A DNA stretch of 64,000 nt from Planctomycetota bacterium (GTDB lineage Bacteria > Planctomycetota > Planctomycetia > Pirellulales > Lacipirellulaceae). This document shows, in pieces, positions 1 to 9,018 of the stretch. A program made the translations under genes and the position numbers. The notes under the pieces were generated by a model. It was not told the DNA's origin. It was given only the letters and a program-made list of their open reading frames with translations, and made no database searches. Numbering within the stretch: position 1 is the first letter of the stretch; each line of letters opens with the position of its first letter. The stretch spans positions 1,083 through 65,082 of the forward strand of contig JAJDEE010000089.1 of assembly GCA_029259975.1 (NCBI GenBank), given 5' to 3'.

Positions 1-11
1 TCGGTAGACAC

Positions 12-611
12 TTGGTGGCGACTTCCCATGCACGCGGTTTTCATGCTGCGCGGCGCAAGGCGTTTGTGGCCGATGGCGCGGCGAGTAACTGGACGATCCA
101 TCGTAAGCATTTTTCCCATTTCACGCCGGTGCTCGATTTCACTCATGCGATCTGCTACGTCTATGCAGCCGCGCTGGCTGGGCGAGCGTGCCAAGTGGCC
201 TGGCGTGATTATGTCACTTGGGCGCAGTGGTTGTGGGAAGGCAACCTCGCCCCACTTCTCAAAGCAGTGCAAGCGCGGTCGGAACAATTGGGCGCGCCTC
301 CCGAGGGCGACGAGGCGTCGCCCGCCGCGATCGTTATCAGGACGTTGGGATATCTCAAAAACCAACGCACGCGGATGAAGTATGCGGAGTATCGCAAGCT
401 GGGGCTGCCGATTACTTCCAGCCACATTGAGTCGACCATCAAACAGATCAACCGTCGCGTCAAAGGAACCGAAAAATTCTGGGACCAAGGTGCCGAACCG
501 CTGCTCCAGCTAGCAGCCGACCACCTCAGCGAGACCAACGACCTCGAGCAGTTCTGGAAACGACGAAGAAGAAGTCTCCAAACCACGCGCTCCTACCAAA
601 CTGCCACATGA
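12..611 (+). mobile_element. IS transposase, C-terminal part (ISKra4/UPF0236-like DDE), 5' end outside the window
   Basis: Motifs FVADGA..NW, LDFTHA, YLKNQRTRMKY, GLPITSSHIESTIKQ.N.RVKG. A GGCTGCACCC end at 627-636 resembles an IS terminus. Confidence 0.75.
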
Positions 612-640
612 AAAATACATTCCGCAGGCTGCACCCTGAG

Positions 641-708
641 GGCGTCTAGCCTGTCAGTTCATGCAGCTACTTGCGACCCTGGCGGACAGGCTGGAAGCCT
701 ATCCTACG
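641..708. repeat. GTAG-type REP doublet (GTAGGATAGGCTTCCAGCCTGTC family) with truncated left arm
   Basis: Right arm GACAGGCTGGAAGCCTATCCTACG (685-708) is identical to 47986-48009. Only GGCGTCTAGCCTGTC (641-655) remains of the left arm. Confidence 0.8.
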
Positions 709-903
709 TGCCGCTAGCACTACAGCCATAAGGTTTGGCTAACCCCGAATATCCGTACTAACCGGTAGATCTACGCAGACCGGTAACTTTTGGTAATCGT
801 TCTATTTTCCACCGTGACTGCTCCGATGAATGCTAGCGTCAGAGGTTACTTCCCCACCTAGCGACCTGCCCTACCCCTGGGCCAAGCCGGAGCACTCCCC
901 CCA

Positions 904-1500
904 ATGCCAGCAAAAAAAGCCGCCACCTCCAAGTCGACTGCCAGCAAGCGTAAGAGCGCCACCACTAAAAGCAAGAAGGCCGCCGCCAAGCAGAGTCCCA
1001 AAACCAAAAAAAGTCCTTCGCCCAAGTCTCGAAGCACAACAAACAAAACCAAGACAAAAGCTAAGACAAAAACCAAGTCGAAGGCGGGTGACAAAGAAGT
1101 AACCATCGACCGGCGCACAAAAGCCGATCGCCGCGACGAGATCGAGAACACCGAAGCTTCACCTGTTCCGCAGTTGGAAAAACGCGAAAAGGTCCAACGC
1201 CGCCGTCAAATCGACCCGACGACCTGCGAGCGAGACTACAGCGAGCCGGAAGTTCAGTTCATGGGCGCTATGGACGAGTACAAGCGGACCAGTGGCCGCA
1301 TGTTTCCGACGTGCAGTGAAGTTCTGGAAGTGGTACGCAACTTGGGCTACGTACAACTCACGCCTGCAGAGTTGGCAACCGTTCGCCCCGAGTCAACGGA
1401 AACAGAAACTGAATCCGAAACTTCCACCGAAGACACTTCCAGCGAAGACACTACCAGCGAATTTGAGGAAGCTGAACTAGAAGCCTCCTTTGCATCTTAG
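904..1500 (+). CDS. Planctomycete hypothetical protein: Lys/Ala/Thr-rich histone-like N-terminus, [14 protein letters not shown] core, acidic tail
   Basis: 198-aa ORF with the composition and motif described, followed by a hairpin. Confidence 0.75.
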   Translation: MPAKKAATSKSTASKRKSATTKSKKAAAKQSPKTKKSPSPKSRSTTNKTKTKAKTKTKSKAGDKEVTIDRRTKADRRDEIENTEASPVPQLEKREKVQRRRQIDPTTCERDYSEPEVQFMGAMDEYKRTSGRMFPTCSEVLEVVRNLGYVQLTPAELATVRPESTETETESETSTEDTSSEDTTSEFEEAELEASFAS

Positions 1501-1521
1501 GGCACTTTGCGATTGGTCATT

Positions 1522-1561
1522 ACGCTAGCCGTGGGTACCTACCGTTACCTGCGGCTAGCGT
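1522..1561. terminator. Hairpin between convergent genes (probable bidirectional terminator)
   Basis: Inverted repeat ACGCTAGCCGTGGGTA...TACCTGCGGCTAGCGT. Confidence 0.6.
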
Positions 1562-1570
1562 CATTTGCAC

Positions 1571-2614
1571 TCAGAGTTTTGCCGACCGACCGCCGAGAAG
1601 GCTGTCTGTCTGTTTTTGACAGAGCCGAATGGCATCCCGAGCTAGATCTCCGTTGAGAATCGTCGAGGGAGATTGCTGCTTCACACAACTAACAACTTCT
1701 TTAAGTTCGGCACGAAAAGCATCCATGGGATCGCCTGATCCTAGCTTAGGGCGTTTCACTTTACCGTCATTGGTAAGCAACGTAGGCGGGCAGAGATAGC
1801 TCGCTTGCTTACCCATCACGGCAAACTCGAACAGAAGCGTTGCTTTTTCAAAATGGATCTCGAAACCGTGGGCGAAGGAGCGTCCTTGCTGGTTTATCGT
1901 GCCACTACACGCCTGGACCACAGGCCCTTTCGAGCCATAGTCAAATTGGCTGTTCCAGTACTCAGCAAGCTTATTTTTTACTCGCCCCTTGGTCGACACC
2001 GTGTTTGGCATACCAAACAGTATGCGAATGAAGTGAGCGTCGTGGATATGTAGGTCGAGCATCGGCCCGCCGACATGCTTGGGCGACCAGTAATTATTCA
2101 GCCACTCAGGATTCGAGATCACGCGCTTAAAATTCCCACCTAACAACCGTCCATGCTTGCGGCTGCGAAACTCTTTCAAAGCCCAGCCGTACTCTGGGAA
2201 AAAAGGAAGCACATGGCCGATCATTAGCAGCTTGCCCGACTTATTTGCCGCGGCAGACATGCGTTTGCAGTCGCGAATGGTAAGAGCCATCGGTTTTTCG
2301 CAAAACACATGCTTGTCGGCTTCAAGGGCTTTTACCGCTATGTCGGGGTGTAAAGCTGGTGGCAGAGTGATATCGATCAGATCGATGCTTTCGTCTGCTA
2401 ATAGATCCTCGAGCGACGTGTAGGTGGCAACCTGCGACAGATCCATTTTTTTTCCCGGCGGACCAAAATTGCCTTTGATCCCACGCCAATCACCGGCTAA
2501 CCGCGTTTTGTCCTGCTCGCAAAGGGCAGCAACCTTGACCCCACGCAGCTTTTGATAGTTCAGGTAATGCACCATCCCCATGAAACCAATGCCAGCAATT
2601 CCAACTCGAACCAT
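1571..2614 (-). CDS. Gfo/Idh/MocA family NAD(P)-dependent oxidoreductase
   Basis: VGIAGIGFMG Rossmann motif, HVFCEKPMA, GGPMLDLHIHD. GGAG-like RBS context. Confidence 0.9.
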   Translation of the reverse strand: MVRVGIAGIGFMGMVHYLNYQKLRGVKVAALCEQDKTRLAGDWRGIKGNFGPPGKKMDLSQVATYTSLEDLLADESIDLIDITLPPALHPDIAVKALEADKHVFCEKPMALTIRDCKRMSAAANKSGKLLMIGHVLPFFPEYGWALKEFRSRKHGRLLGGNFKRVISNPEWLNNYWSPKHVGGPMLDLHIHDAHFIRILFGMPNTVSTKGRVKNKLAEYWNSQFDYGSKGPVVQACSGTINQQGRSFAHGFEIHFEKATLLFEFAVMGKQASYLCPPTLLTNDGKVKRPKLGSGDPMDAFRAELKEVVSCVKQQSPSTILNGDLARDAIRLCQKQTDSLLGGRSAKL

Positions 2615-2700
2615 TGTTGTCGCTTTCTAGAAAGGAGACTTGTTGAATTCAGTATGCAAAAAAGGCTCAATGAGCATATGCTACTTTACTCGGATGAACC

Positions 2701-2838
2701 CTATTCCAATCCATCACCGGTCCAACCCGACAAAGTCTTGCCGTCGAAGAGCGGTATAAACCCGTCTTCGGTTGCCCCTACCTCGGCGATAAAAACGCAT
2801 GTGATGAACAGCCCGACTAAAGTAAAGCGAGACAGCAA
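2701..2838 (-). pseudogene. N-terminal remnant of a DUF1080 (3-keto-disaccharide hydrolase-like) gene
   Basis: Not in the ORF track. Reads (M)LSRFTLVGLFITCVFIAEVGATEDGFIPLFDGKTLSGWTGDGLE*: a signal peptide plus the typical GF.PLFDGKTL.GW start, then a stop. Confidence 0.65.
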
Positions 2839-2864
2839 TTAGCTCTCAAACGGATGAGGGGTTA

Positions 2865-4100
2865 CTACCTCGATTGAATTTTCTTGATCGCTGCCGGCAA
2901 GTCCGGGTCGACGATTCCTCGCTCGCCGCGTCCCTCTCGGTCGATACGGCGAGCCGTCACCTTAAGGATCGACTCCACGCCGGCCTCCCAATATCCTTCT
3001 CGTTCCTTCCTTGCAACAGGCTCAACCGGCCGGACAATGCGAAAGCCTACATCCTGCGATTCGTCGCTAGCAAACCACCACGGGCTTTTCGGGGTATTGG
3101 GATCGTAGCTTCGCCAGTTGTCATCGTCCGATTGACGGCGACTAGCAGTGCGGCAGTCTGGCGGATCGAGGTACCACGACCCACCACGCAAAACACGTGG
3201 GAAAAGCTTGTCCGACTTCGACAAAGCAGCAAGTGCCTCTATCGGACCATTTTCGTTCTTGATTCTTTTATACCAGTCCTCTGCATACGAATCGAGTACC
3301 CACTCTGATGCATTGCCGTGCATATCATACAATCCCCAAGCATTAGGTTTCTTTTCCCCAACCAGATGGGTTTCGTCATCGGCGTTATCGTAGTACCAAG
3401 CATGCTCGCCGAGGTCTGCGGGATCATCACCAAAGCTGTACGCAGTGGTTGTTCCAGCCCGGCAAGCATACTCCCACTCTGCCTCGGTCGGCAGGCGGTA
3501 GAAATCGCCTGTCAGCAGACTCAGCCACTTGGTGTACTGCTTGGCTGCGTACTGGCTCATGGAGACCGCTGGCTGTCGCGGCTCTTCGCCTACAGAAAAA
3601 GTAAAGCCTGGTTCGTAGAGCTTCGAGGGCGCCGTGATGGCATCGATCTTGTTTTCTTCGACAACCTTGCGAACACCTTGATCATCAAATTTCTCAAATA
3701 CTCCACAGAGTCTCATATAAAGTTTGTATTCCGACCAAGTCACCTCGTACTTGGCGACCCAAAGTGGCGGGACTTTTATTTCGACCTGCGGGCCTTCGTC
3801 GTCGTGGCGATCAGCTTCGTCGCTAGGGCTACCCATCAGAAAAGTGCCTCCTGGGATAGGCACCATTTCAAATGTCACGTTGGTCCCTGGAATCGTCTGC
3901 GTGTAGGGCACCATGTATCCAGCCTTGGTCTCGACGAAATTGCCCGACGTCGGATGCTCGCGAACTACGCCCAGCGTTTCGTTTGGCGAATCGTCTGCGA
4001 TGGCAATCGCTAGGCCACCGGCTAGGAGAGACGCAACCGATGCCAAAAAACATCCCTGAGACAGCACCAACGAAAAATAGCGATCGGCCTTTTTTACCAT
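2865..4100 (-). CDS. Formylglycine-generating enzyme (FGE/SUMF1)-domain protein, secreted
   Basis: IPGGTFLMGS, KYEVT, YRLPTEAEWEYACRAG, PNAWGLYDMHGNASEW, RVLRGGSW, GFR. Confidence 0.9.
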   Translation of the reverse strand: MVKKADRYFSLVLSQGCFLASVASLLAGGLAIAIADDSPNETLGVVREHPTSGNFVETKAGYMVPYTQTIPGTNVTFEMVPIPGGTFLMGSPSDEADRHDDEGPQVEIKVPPLWVAKYEVTWSEYKLYMRLCGVFEKFDDQGVRKVVEENKIDAITAPSKLYEPGFTFSVGEEPRQPAVSMSQYAAKQYTKWLSLLTGDFYRLPTEAEWEYACRAGTTTAYSFGDDPADLGEHAWYYDNADDETHLVGEKKPNAWGLYDMHGNASEWVLDSYAEDWYKRIKNENGPIEALAALSKSDKLFPRVLRGGSWYLDPPDCRTASRRQSDDDNWRSYDPNTPKSPWWFASDESQDVGFRIVRPVEPVARKEREGYWEAGVESILKVTARRIDREGRGERGIVDPDLPAAIKKIQSR

Positions 4101-4633
4101 TTTACATTCACTTTAGGGGAGCTGCTACTAGACGTATCGATTTTGAATTCATCGTTGAGAGTTTGCTAGCAAGAATTCCCATAGCTGCTAGTCAAAAAAC
4201 ACGACGTCAAACTGAGCATTGTAGGCGGGGCAGAGTGATAGTTTCGCACTGACATTGTAGACCATCCATTGTGAGTTGGCACCTGGGGAGTGTCAATAAG
4301 CAGCCGGTGAAGCTGCAGGAGATCTGCCAAGACGCGACTAGCTGACCGCAACTTTGTTTGCGCGAACATGTGACCTCGAATCCTCATCCCACGTTATGGA
4401 CTGCCTAACTCCACATGCCGTGTGGTGATGGGATATTGACGCGGCTGAGTCAGAAGAGGCTTTTTTTGGCGGATAAGGGTCTCTAAATCGACTCCCCATT
4501 ACAGGAACAATCCATTTTAGCAATTGTTCTGACAGTCTGTAACATAGTTGGCTCGAATACGGCAGAACAAAGCCAACACGCTATCGGATTGACCCATTTC
4601 AAGAAAACCTGATTTGAGCGTCAGGCGGTCCAT

Positions 4634-5329
4634 ATGACAGGAAAAGTCCTTATGAATACCTCAAAAAACATCTGGTTCTCGGTGATTTGCAGTTTTATCT
4701 TCCTAGCCGCATTTGATGCGCAGGCGACTACTGTGAACTATACCTTGGATGACGTTTTTCTGGCGGACGGTCAGCAGATTTTTGGCGCGTTCGATTGGAC
4801 CTATAGTGTCGGCGACTTCGGGGGAGGTAGCGGGGCATTTACGGCACTTGGAATTCCCTACACGATTTTCAGTTTAGCTGCTGGTAATCTGAAAACGGAT
4901 ATTCAATCTGATTCCGTCGAGATTTCTGGAAACGGTAACTTCCATGATATTGGATTAGATATTTCGCTAAAACTCTCTCAGCCTTTTACGCCCACTCAGT
5001 CCGCATCGATTGATCTTGGTTTAAGTTTCTTCGAGTGCTGTGGTAATGGTTTCAAAGACCAGCCTTTTCAAAGCGGAAGTATCGTTCCCAGTACCGTTCT
5101 CGCCGGCGACTTCGACGCCGATGGAGATGTGGATGGTTTGGATTTTCTCAAGTGGCAAAGGGGCGAAGTATCCAACTCGCCAAATGCCTCCGACCTGGCA
5201 GCTTGGGAAGCAAACTACGGCACATTTGCTCCTCTTTCGGCAGCTACGAATGCGATGCCCGAACCAAGTGCGGTTTTGCTGGGCGTGATGGCCAGTCTCG
5301 CCGGAATCTCTTTCAGGCGACGTTCGTAA
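4634..5329 (+). CDS. PEP-CTERM surface protein with dockerin/EF-hand-like repeat
   Basis: Signal peptide, GDFDADGDVDGLDFLKWQR, MPEPS + hydrophobic helix + RRRS. Confidence 0.85.
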   Translation: MTGKVLMNTSKNIWFSVICSFIFLAAFDAQATTVNYTLDDVFLADGQQIFGAFDWTYSVGDFGGGSGAFTALGIPYTIFSLAAGNLKTDIQSDSVEISGNGNFHDIGLDISLKLSQPFTPTQSASIDLGLSFFECCGNGFKDQPFQSGSIVPSTVLAGDFDADGDVDGLDFLKWQRGEVSNSPNASDLAAWEANYGTFAPLSAATNAMPEPSAVLLGVMASLAGISFRRRS

Positions 5330-5656
5330 CCCACAAAGGGTCTCATCGAGAGCGCAACACAGCCTTCGGTGGGTTATTCATTGCGATTCAATTCGCTCTG
5401 AAGGCGAAAACGATACAATTGTCCACTGAAATCAGCCACTGAAATTGGCGAATAACCTCCTTACCAGAGGCTCTAATGAATAATCGCCTAGATGGCCATA
5501 CCAATCGCCGCTGAGTAGTTACCTCCAAATTATACAAGATTAAAAGTGCATCGCCTGTGTTGGACGTAATGATATTGCAACTACGTAATTAGTAGGTACA
5601 ATATTTGTATCTCCAAATCCGTGGCCTGGAGGCACCTTGGCTCTGAGATGTAAGCA

Positions 5657-6172
5657 ATGCTGACAGTAGAAATAACGCGAGAAGACTTCCTGAAAGATAG
5701 GCAAGGAAGGACTTTTTCAGACGTAGTCAATGCCCCAGAGCAACCGTTTGAAGAGGTACTCGAATTCTTTTGCGATGCAGTTCGGCAGCAACGGATGGAA
5801 GATGCGGAGATTCACCACGACCGAGCGCCGCTTGCTGGTGTGGTGAGAGAACTTGAAACACAGTCCGCCGTCAATAGTTATCTTAGCGGAGTTCACGCTA
5901 AAGAGACGCAGCGATTACGGCAGGCAATAGGCGTATTGGTCCGCATTATCATGGAACGCCGTGGGTGGAAGAAAACCGGTAGGAAAGGTTCGTTGGGGGT
6001 TCGAGCCGAATCGTCGCAACATTTTCCTGCTCATAACTCAGGTGGTTTGTCACTCTGGTTTGTTCGCGCTGAGCGTTACGAAATTGAAGAAAGCATGCCG
6101 TATCGATCGGTGAGCCAACGTAGTAAGGAATTGGAAGCAACTATTGCAAACCAGTCCTCCACAAAAAAGTAA
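5657..6172 (+). CDS. Hypothetical protein
   Basis: 171-aa ATG-started ORF with globular composition, first of a tightly packed group. Confidence 0.7.
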   Translation: MLTVEITREDFLKDRQGRTFSDVVNAPEQPFEEVLEFFCDAVRQQRMEDAEIHHDRAPLAGVVRELETQSAVNSYLSGVHAKETQRLRQAIGVLVRIIMERRGWKKTGRKGSLGVRAESSQHFPAHNSGGLSLWFVRAERYEIEESMPYRSVSQRSKELEATIANQSSTKK

Positions 6173-6473
6173 TAAGAAAGATTGGCCTTCGACGAGTGCA
6201 ATCATCGATTTTGCTGTATTCATTAGGCACGAGGGATACGCCTGCCGCGTTCGCGTTGCAGGGATTGAGAACGCTCAATGGATTCTTGACCATCTGAGAA
6301 GAGCGTTCGTTTTTATGACAAGTGAGCCGGTTCAGGAGGCGGAACTCCCCGCCTACTGTACATTCCGTGTGGTTCACGGATCGCAGTTATCTCTTCGGAA
6401 GTTAGAGAGTCTATTGGTTGCGATTCCAGGCGTTAGGCTGGCGTTCGATCAACCGCTAGAAGAAGTAGCTTAG
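6144..6473 (+). CDS. Hypothetical protein
   Basis: 109-aa ORF overlapping the upstream gene; start uncertain. Confidence 0.5.
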   Translation: MQTSPPQKSNKKDWPSTSAIIDFAVFIRHEGYACRVRVAGIENAQWILDHLRRAFVFMTSEPVQEAELPAYCTFRVVHGSQLSLRKLESLLVAIPGVRLAFDQPLEEVA

Positions 6474-6562
6474 GGCATGCTTCAAAAACGATATGTATAC
6501 ACAATGGAAGTCGCCCAAAACAAGGGCGATGACTCTGCGCGAGGCCTGGACCAGTAAAGACC

Positions 6563-6778
6563 ATGAACAACAGAAAACCAACACCTCTCGTCCCACAGCC
6601 AAACCCAAAGACCTGCCCTATTTGTGGGCATTCGTCGTACTCGCCGGATGGCATTCATCCTCAATGTGCGGTGACACAAGCAGACGCTCCTCGACAAGCA
6701 CAACTTATCGCTACCAGAAAGGCAGCGACGATAGAGAAACAGCGGGCCGTTGAGGATGATTCTTCTCAACCCACCTGA
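6563..6778 (+). CDS. Small putative Zn-binding protein (CPxCG...HPQC)
   Basis: KTCPICGHSSYSPDGIHPQC motif. Confidence 0.55.
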   Translation: MNNRKPTPLVPQPNPKTCPICGHSSYSPDGIHPQCAVTQADAPRQAQLIATRKAATIEKQRAVEDDSSQPT

Positions 6779-6864
6779 CTACCAATTCCATCCATCAAGC
6801 CAGTATCGCTAACAGCAGAGGGTAGTTGAAATCTGGTTTTTGAACATCTACTAGAAAGATAATT

Positions 6865-7014
6865 ATGGCGAGAGATCAGAACACGATGGAGAAGCAACGC
6901 AGGGAAATGGAAAAGAAGCGGAAATCAGAGGAAAAGAGAAAACGACGTCGCGAGAAGAAAGAGCAAGCTGTCGATCGAAATAGCGAGGATATGCCGTCGA
7001 GTGATGATCGTTAA
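6865..7014 (+). CDS. Small highly charged protein (49 aa)
   Basis: Not in the ORF track. MARDQNTMEKQRREMEKKRKSEEKRKRRREKKEQ..., preceded by a GAAAG RBS-like element. Confidence 0.55.
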   Translation: MARDQNTMEKQRREMEKKRKSEEKRKRRREKKEQAVDRNSEDMPSSDDR

Positions 7015-7184
7015 CATGCAAGTGGCAATAGTCTTCAACTCAGTTAGCGACTTTCGACCGGATAGGTGAGAAAGAACAGCGCAAGCGTGTAACTGAACGC
7101 AAGCAAAATTACAGGTGTGCCGCGTTCAGTCAATTACCAAGCAATACAAGCTGGCTATTCAATACTTGTGATTGCCAGCCAAGA

Positions 7185-7961
7185 ATGGAGAACATGGTCC
7201 ATACTAAGATTACTCCGATAACGACTGCAGTACTACTCGCTGCCGGCACTGGAAGCCGACTCAAACCGTTGACCAACGACGCCCCAAAATGCCTTTCAGA
7301 AGTTAACGGGACCGCTATCCTTGAACGCCTCGTGAGATGTTTGTCAGAAAACGGATTCAAACATCTGATCGTGGTCGTCGGTTATTTAGATCAACGTGTC
7401 CGTGAATTTCTTGAAGGATCTTCTGGTGAAATGACAGTGGAGTATGTGGTTAATCCTCGCTACTCGACAACGAACAACCTCTATTCACTTTGGCTGGCCA
7501 GACTGACCATTGACAACCCTTTTCTGTTGGTCGAAAGCGACGTGGTGTTCAACACCTCCTTGTTGGCAGGCATGTCACAGCCCGACAGGATTGCTACTTC
7601 CAAGCTGCAAGGCTGGATGCAAGGGACGACCGTGACCATTGATCCTTTACAGCAGGTTTCAGCATTTCAGGTGGGCACCAACGAAGCTCCCGGAGAAGTC
7701 TGTCATAAGACCGTCAATATGTACAGCTTCGCCATGGCGACCTGGCGTCGAGTGACTGATCGTTTAACTGAGCACGTTGTTGCGGGCAATGTTAACGAAT
7801 ACTACGAGACGGTTTTTGCCGAAATGGTGGCTGACGGCAGCCTCTCACTGGAAGCTGTCGATTTCGATAGTAAGTGTTGGTACGAAATTGATACGCTGGA
7901 GGATCTTCACGAAGCCGAGAAAATGTTTCCAGAAGACCGTGCCATCATGTCATCTCTCTAA
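7185..7961 (+). CDS. Phosphocholine cytidylyltransferase (LicC-like) / NTP transferase
   Basis: AVLLAAGTGSRL.PLT...PKCL, NPRYSTTNNLYSL, WYEIDTLEDL. Confidence 0.85.
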   Translation: MENMVHTKITPITTAVLLAAGTGSRLKPLTNDAPKCLSEVNGTAILERLVRCLSENGFKHLIVVVGYLDQRVREFLEGSSGEMTVEYVVNPRYSTTNNLYSLWLARLTIDNPFLLVESDVVFNTSLLAGMSQPDRIATSKLQGWMQGTTVTIDPLQQVSAFQVGTNEAPGEVCHKTVNMYSFAMATWRRVTDRLTEHVVAGNVNEYYETVFAEMVADGSLSLEAVDFDSKCWYEIDTLEDLHEAEKMFPEDRAIMSSL

Positions 7962-7985
7962 GCAACTGCTACAGCGGTTCCAGTA

Positions 7986-8735
7986 ATGAAATCAGGCAAC
8001 TCATCGATGGATAGACTAGGCCACCTTATCTATACGCATCTGGCAAATGCCGTCTCGATTCTAGGTGTACTCCCTCTCTGTCTCCTGTTCCAGGAAGGCG
8101 GTTACCAATATCTAATTCCGCTCATGATTTATGGCAACGTGATGGACGACTTGGATGGCATTTTGGCCGCCAAGTTGAATATCAGGAGCGATTTTGGTGC
8201 TTTCTTGGACAATGTCTGTGATGCGATCGGACATAGTATTTTGGTAATGTTTATAGGCATGCACTTCGGCGGCATTTGTGCCACAGCCAGTCTGTTAGGA
8301 GTAGCAGCGATCGTGCTGCGTAGCGTTGCCCGCCTAGCTCCAGGACAAGTCTCAGGCACGGGGTCCCCAACAAACGAACTGATCAGGCATACGTTTTTTG
8401 TTCTTTTGTTAGCCGAAATATTTGGATTCAGCGCCGTGCCGTATCTAACGGTAGCGATTCTACTAAACACGATGACGATGCTTTTGCCATATAAACTGCC
8501 GTATTTAATTCGCAGCATGACGAAATCGGCACGAGCTATCTTTTTTGTGAACGTTGCGTTACTAGTAGCTTGGCTAGCTCCTCCCACCACACTTTACATC
8601 GCGATCGTATTTTTCAGCACCTACCTGTATTCGTTGTTTTGGTGCTGGGCAAATCCTGAAAGAGATGCGTCGCCGGACGCGCGTGGTGGGCGCGTTCCCC
8701 GACGGCAACAGCGTGTTGATACTAGCGACCGCTAG
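7986..8735 (+). CDS. CDP-alcohol phosphatidyltransferase family membrane protein; C-terminus runs into an IS remnant
   Basis: DDLDGILAAK...SDFGAFLDNVCD signature; multiple TM helices. Confidence 0.85.
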   Translation: MKSGNSSMDRLGHLIYTHLANAVSILGVLPLCLLFQEGGYQYLIPLMIYGNVMDDLDGILAAKLNIRSDFGAFLDNVCDAIGHSILVMFIGMHFGGICATASLLGVAAIVLRSVARLAPGQVSGTGSPTNELIRHTFFVLLLAEIFGFSAVPYLTVAILLNTMTMLLPYKLPYLIRSMTKSARAIFFVNVALLVAWLAPPTTLYIAIVFFSTYLYSLFWCWANPERDASPDARGGRVPRRQQRVDTSDR

Positions 8736-8795
8736 GCTACGCCACATCGCCAGTACGAAGTGGGGCACACGAAAGTATCTCGTCATGTCACGGCT
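8665..8795 (+). mobile_element. IS256-family transposase C-terminal remnant
   Basis: RRRTRVVGAFPDGNSVLILATARLRHIASTKWGTRKYL matches the characteristic IS256 C-terminus. Confidence 0.8.
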
Positions 8796-8803
8796 CAATC
8801 TGA

Positions 8804-8827
8804 ATTCTGTACCCGATTCTGTACCCG
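8804..8827. repeat. Perfect 12-bp tandem repeat next to the tRNA 3' end (possible integrase arm-type sites)
   Basis: ATTCTGTACCCG x2, 27 bp from the tRNA discriminator base. Confidence 0.6.
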
Positions 8828-8854
8828 CCCTAGAATTTTCGACGTAAATCGAAG

Positions 8855-8928
8855 CGCGCCCGGGAAGACTCGAACTTCCAACCCCTGGTTTCGAAGACCA
8901 GTGCTCTATCCAATTGAGCTACGGGCGC
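8855..8928 (-). tRNA. tRNA-Arg (anticodon UCG), CCA not encoded
   Basis: GCGCCCG/CGGGCGC acceptor stem, TAGCTCAATTGGATAGAGC D-arm, CTGGT-CT-TCG-AA-ACCAG anticodon arm, GGAAG-TTCGAGT-CTTCC T-arm. Confidence 0.95.
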
Positions 8929-9018
8929 TCGTTGGAGCCGATTCTAGCGGCCGCCGAGCGTAACGTAAACCAGGGTCAAACACAATCTTCTGGCTGCACC
9001 ATGCATGCTCTTCACAGC

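Noticed and set aside
4166-4523. Possible integrase remnant or transposon end (GGGGAGTCGATTTAGAGAC on the minus strand) at the islet's left edge
   Set aside because: No partner inverted repeat, no convincing recombinase motifs and no duplicated tRNA end were found.
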